The notes under the pieces were generated by a model. That model made no database searches and had not been told where the DNA came from. It saw only the letters and a list, made by a program, of their open reading frames with translations. DNA of 64,000 nucleotides, from NCBI GenBank assembly GCA_003222815.1, contig QHXC01000418.1:111-64110 (forward strand). The letters run 5' to 3'. The DNA is from Acidobacteriota bacterium (GTDB lineage Bacteria > Acidobacteriota > Terriglobia > 20CM-2-55-15). The translations under genes and the position numbers were made by a program. Every line of letters begins with the position of its first letter. The first letter of the stretch is position 1. Positions 61,001 through 64,000 of the stretch are shown here, one piece after another.

Positions 61001-61749
61001 ACTTTAGAAGTGATTACTCGAGCAGCGATTTCGACATCCGCAGGCGCTTAACCGCGACGGTCACTTATGCCCTTCCTGGCAAACCAGGTTTCAAACAGAT
61101 GCTGGAAGGCTGGAAGCTGACTTCCATCGTCAGCATTCAGAGCGCGCTGCCGTGGGGTGTCATCGGAAGCCGGGGTTCGGATCCCTCGGGAATCGCCGAA
61201 TTCCAGGAGCGATGGAACTTCTTCGGGGACGCGAGAGACTTCAGCGGCCGTAAAACCAACTCGGTTCCATTCTTCCTGCCCGGGGCAACGCCGCCGGTTG
61301 GGCGTAGCGCTTCCGAGCTGGCCATCAATAACGCGGCTTGCACGGCGGTTGCCGGGCCTCCGGGATCGCTCAGTTACGTCGCGCTTCAGAGATGGGGTTG
61401 CTTTGTAGAAGGCACATCCGTGATGGTTCCTCCGGCTATCGGAACCACCGGCACTATGGGTCGCAATACATTCCGAGGCAATGGCCTCCACACGTGGGAC
61501 GGCTCAGTGATAAAAGATTGGAAATTTACTGAGAAATTCACGGGCGAGTTCCGGGCCGAGGTCTTCAACCTTCTCAACCAAACCCAATACGGCAACCCCC
61601 AATTCAATGGTGCAGGCGGCAACACTCCATTCGGAACGCCTGGGAGTTTTGGCGCGTCGCAGGCCACGCCGGATGTCTCGAATAACAACCCGTCGCTCGG
61701 GAGCGGTGGCTCCCGCGAGTTTCAGTTCGGATTTAAGGTGATCTTTTAA
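58039..61749 (+). CDS. TonB-dependent receptor (Oar-like) with N-terminal carboxypeptidase-regulatory-like domain
   Basis: GSITDSSGAVI, LPLNGRNF, FFQDDWR, NNFAPRVGFAW, C-terminal FQFGFKVIF. Confidence 0.92.
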   Translation: MYSLTFGIRELRRSSAPKVVLGLCLSVFLISVPVFSQANMGRILGSITDSSGAVIGGARVTVTDVERGTSRVLTTDEAGAYNAPSLLPGTYLIRAELTGFKSIERPNVVLEVGRELKIDFSLEPGAISEKVTVTDEVPLVETTTAVLGGTLQPGTIADLPLNGRNFMNLLQLRPGVTIYPGGGAWTQTTNGLRPEHNVYILDGITAMEPLGGQSTINSVSLAGDAASLLAIDTIQEFTTQQNPKAEFGWKPGSVTSVALKSGTNMWHGTGNFFGRTDRTDARNPFLAGDQKQQISLKEFGATLGGPLKKDKAFFFFAYEGQRYTVGNPTVYTYPSLDPNALPIAGTTTSLVRACNTVRSAGTPLSATSLKTSGLDANCNRTSGYSIFDLPSVFERAKDANGAAGANISGSLNTEYSVDGGLAKVDLHFGDKNTVNGKYYVGTHRGLVVNSQTITQPYWRPSDNAWVYFSGAQWDYVPSSSVVNTFRFGYNRFYQWFETSDCEGSGNGQPDYGIPFGYGTSKPVCGFTNITLTNFSGSIGCCSSFPKYYGPDNIFEFIDNVSYLRGHHTFKMGGESRSTSIGHGGTFNRGRGQVTFSTLENFMSGTSSGNGQIFIGDPRRHVSGQAMAAFFQDDWRITPRLMLNLGVRYEYTTPITEAHNQFANFDAARGLLQLGKNTDQMWKPDKNNFAPRVGFAWDVQGNGRTVVRGGANITYVTPGWWIFLSQQNNNNPSVGLATNPSGFLLCKGAVNTAGPGCAPGVATDPTIGDIRSAGLPLPPATVTGGVQAPVPGQLNWNQSAAVYGGNIYPSSSDTSVLKCGTNRLCTVQATNPNLKNAYVMSWSLGIQHAITHNISLDLSYVGNHATKLLALEYTNTPSPGAGYCLGFTPAQIAAVAAASPATPCPTAITVSTGTNATAIQLSRPLNGQFPYYSYIYTVSNPLHSNYNAAQMTLTQRASHGLSYTVGFTFSHALDQQTGERGGPNGTPGDFRSDYSSSDFDIRRRLTATVTYALPGKPGFKQMLEGWKLTSIVSIQSALPWGVIGSRGSDPSGIAEFQERWNFFGDARDFSGRKTNSVPFFLPGATPPVGRSASELAINNAACTAVAGPPGSLSYVALQRWGCFVEGTSVMVPPAIGTTGTMGRNTFRGNGLHTWDGSVIKDWKFTEKFTGEFRAEVFNLLNQTQYGNPQFNGAGGNTPFGTPGSFGASQATPDVSNNNPSLGSGGSREFQFGFKVIF

Positions 61750-61819
61750 TCGTTGTCGTCCGGTAGTCCCAGGACTTGGTCGTCTTCTCTGAAAACCCGG
61801 TGTGGCCGCGTGTATGGCG

Positions 61820-62740
61820 TTAGAAGGAATTACCGATGAAAGGCAACATGCGGCCACAGTATATGACTCCAACCCAGAGGAATATTGCAGACGCAGCGAT
61901 AACTTTTGAGGTTAACGGCGCGTCATCTCCCGGTCCTAAAGCCCAGGGCTCGTCGAACATCGTCAGGTAGAGGAGGTTCACTCCAGCGAGCATCACTAGA
62001 ACTATCTTCCAGAAGAAAGCAACATTTTGCGTGTACTGTCCGGGAGTTGCGATGAAGAACAACATGCCGGTCATGGAATTGATACCGAATCCCAAAATCC
62101 CCAAAGGTAACATCCGATGCAACGCAGCAAATGGCAGGTTTTTCCCTATGCCCAGCATTCGCAGATTAACTACCAGCACAACGCCCAACAAGAGAGCCAG
62201 CCCGATGAAGTGAAGGGTCTCGCTTGCCGGCCATACCCACGGGCGGCCAAGGACGAACGATGCAATGGAGGCGCTCTTGATCCATTCGGAGCCCACTGTT
62301 CCAGACGCAATCTCCGGATGGCGGATATCACCACCGATGTCCGCGGCTCTCGCCATGAGGACCAGGGTCACCACCGAAAGCAGCAGGACGGCTGACAAGT
62401 TCCAGCGCGTCGGACGTGAGATCCGCCGAAACTGCCACAGTCCGAGCCAGGCGACGAGGCCAGTGATCTCCATGAGCACCAGTGCCGGAAGCGCCGCATC
62501 CCGGTGTGTTTCAACCAAGTCTTCGGACACGCCCTGGCGGCCCTTAATCGCCGCCTGGGCGGCATTGCCAGTCATATACGTCGGAAGCGACAAGAGAGCA
62601 ATGCCGAAGAAAACTGCAAGGCTGGCTCGCTTGAGGTCGTCACTTTTTCCAACGAGGGAAACAAGGAATAAGCCAAGCGCAATAACTGTGCCGACAGTCG
62701 GGACATGATTTAGTAAGAGGTGTAGATGTATCAGATTCAT
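61820..62740 (-). CDS. Polytopic membrane protein with His-containing helices (two fused membrane modules)
   Basis: HLHLLLNHVP, GGDIRHPEI, ETLHFIGL; many TM segments. Confidence 0.7.
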   Translation of the reverse strand: MNLIHLHLLLNHVPTVGTVIALGLFLVSLVGKSDDLKRASLAVFFGIALLSLPTYMTGNAAQAAIKGRQGVSEDLVETHRDAALPALVLMEITGLVAWLGLWQFRRISRPTRWNLSAVLLLSVVTLVLMARAADIGGDIRHPEIASGTVGSEWIKSASIASFVLGRPWVWPASETLHFIGLALLLGVVLVVNLRMLGIGKNLPFAALHRMLPLGILGFGINSMTGMLFFIATPGQYTQNVAFFWKIVLVMLAGVNLLYLTMFDEPWALGPGDDAPLTSKVIAASAIFLWVGVIYCGRMLPFIGNSF

Positions 62741-62856
62741 AGTGACTCCTTAAAACGCAATTCCCGGAGAGATAATAGCGCAGATTGAAATTTGCGTAAA
62801 ATCAGGAGCCCTTTTGACAGGGTTCGGAGCGTGGTACCACAATCAGCGCTTTCTTA

Positions 62857-63082
62857 GGGCTTGCGCAAAAATAACTTGGCAGAATGCGGGCTCGGGAGGA
62901 TCTGACTAATGTTCAATTCCCAATGCTCAATTCTCATCCGAAAGGAGAAGCGGCCGCAGTGGAACATTTGTCAATCCGACATCCACTTCGGATGAGAATT
63001 GAGCATTGGGAATTGAGCATTGGTCAGATCCCCGGTCGGATTCAGGGCAGCGGATTCTGCCAAGTTATTTTTGCTCGAGCCC
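62857..63082. mobile_element. 226-bp MITE-like element with ~32-bp terminal inverted repeats, TTA flanks and an internal 44-bp inverted repeat
   Basis: GGGCTTGCGCAAAAATAACTTGGCAGAAT ... ATTCTGCCAAGTTATTTTTGCTCGAGCCC; TTA at 62854-62856 and 63083-63085. Confidence 0.75.
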
Positions 63083-63088
63083 TTAGCG

Positions 63089-63619
63089 CTATAGCCTGTC
63101 TGGGAAGCGCACGATGAATCCATCCCGGTTGGGCATCCGCACCTTGGGCAGCGTCTGGGCGTTCATCGTGTCGTTCTCTCCAATGAGTTTGTTGAGCGAG
63201 AGAATGTAAGCGGTCAGTGCGTAAACTTCGTCGTTGGCGAGCGATCTCGGTTGCCGCCATGGCATTGCGCGGCGAATGTAATCGAAGAGGGTTGTCGCGA
63301 ACGGCCAGAAGTTGGCGATGGTCTTCTCCGACTCCATATCCTTAATCGGGCCGCCGCCGACCAGCGCGGCGTTGGCGCCGCCTTTGCCGTTTTCGCCGTG
63401 GCAAATCGAGCATTTTGCCGCGTAGATGCGGGTTCCCTCGGCGGGCGTGCCGCTGCCGGGCGGGAGGCCAGTACCGTCCGGCAGGATGTTGATGTCCCAG
63501 GCCGCGATCTCGGACGGATTGATCGGCTTTCCAAGATTTGGCGCTTGGGCGAAGGCCGTGCTCGAACCGAGAGCCAGCGTGAGCGCGACAACGGATCCTT
63601 GAAGCTTACGCGTATACAT
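63089..63619 (-). CDS. SoxD-like cytochrome c
   Basis: PDGTGLPPGSG, CSICH, W.FATTLFDYIRRAMP, MPNRDGF. Confidence 0.85.
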   Translation of the reverse strand: MYTRKLQGSVVALTLALGSSTAFAQAPNLGKPINPSEIAAWDINILPDGTGLPPGSGTPAEGTRIYAAKCSICHGENGKGGANAALVGGGPIKDMESEKTIANFWPFATTLFDYIRRAMPWRQPRSLANDEVYALTAYILSLNKLIGENDTMNAQTLPKVRMPNRDGFIVRFPDRL

Positions 63620-64000
63620 GCTTCACCTCCCCGCTGCGCTCGATCGCCCATGTCGTGATGGCGTTGTAGTGTTGGCTCGGGAAGCCGGTGACGGGCGGAA
63701 CGCGCGTGGTCTCGCCGCGCACACTCACGATCTGGGCTCGGGTCGGCTGCACGTAACCAGCCTCGTCCCACGCTCGGCTCTGCAATGCCGCGGCGCCGCC
63801 GTCCCAACGCCACGGCACGCGGAACCGGGTGAACGCTTTGCTGTGCACGGGCTCCTGCAGTGCGGCTTGCGCCCAGCTCTGGCCGCCGTCGGCCGACACC
63901 ATGACCTTTGAGATCCGGCCGTGGCCCGAATAGGCGACGCCCGAAATCTCATAGAAACCGGGCCCTTTCAATGCGAGCCCGGGCGAGGGGTGGGTGATGA
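63606..64000 (-). CDS. soxC: SoxC-like molybdopterin sulfite dehydrogenase, C-terminal part (runs off the window)
   Basis: ITHPSPG..GFYEISGVAYSGHG, SADGGQSW, LQSRA.DE.GYVQP, HYNAI; overlaps the SoxD-like start. Confidence 0.75.
   Translation of the reverse strand, partial: ITHPSPGLALKGPGFYEISGVAYSGHGRISKVMVSADGGQSWAQAALQEPVHSKAFTRFRVPWRWDGGAAALQSRAWDEAGYVQPTRAQIVSVRGETTRVPPVTGFPSQHYNAITTWAIERSGEVKHVYA

Noticed and set aside
1..64000. tRNA (including tRNA-Sec), rRNA, integrase or transposase genes
   Set aside because: None recognised by eye; tRNAscan-SE/Infernal would be needed to exclude them fully.

Overview
This 64-kb window is bacterial, moderately GC-rich, and its gene content is typical of soil Acidobacteriota (inference): Tat-exported amidohydrolases, PQQ dehydrogenases, NHL/Vgb propellers, c-type cytochromes, an Oar-like TonB-dependent receptor, STAS proteins and a cysH-cysD-cysN operon. 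No rRNA, tRNA, CRISPR array or intact transposase was seen. Many genes are truncated or internally deleted, suggesting assembly joins or deletion-driven decay. Top candidates: (1) an unannotated leader ORF with five consecutive Cys codons (14622-14699), followed by overlapping antiterminator and terminator hairpins, directly upstream of the sulfate-assimilation operon, i.e. a likely cysteine-sensing attenuator; (2) a Tat-signal protein whose frame continues through an in-frame UGA (39230-39232) immediately followed by a SECIS-like hairpin, a candidate new selenoprotein or programmed readthrough; (3) a PtsP-like GAF domain fused to glycogen phosphorylase behind a structured, terminator-containing leader; (4) a subtilase with seven identical LDQSTASF repeats inside its catalytic domain; (5) several families of REP/REPIN and nested MITE-like palindromes.
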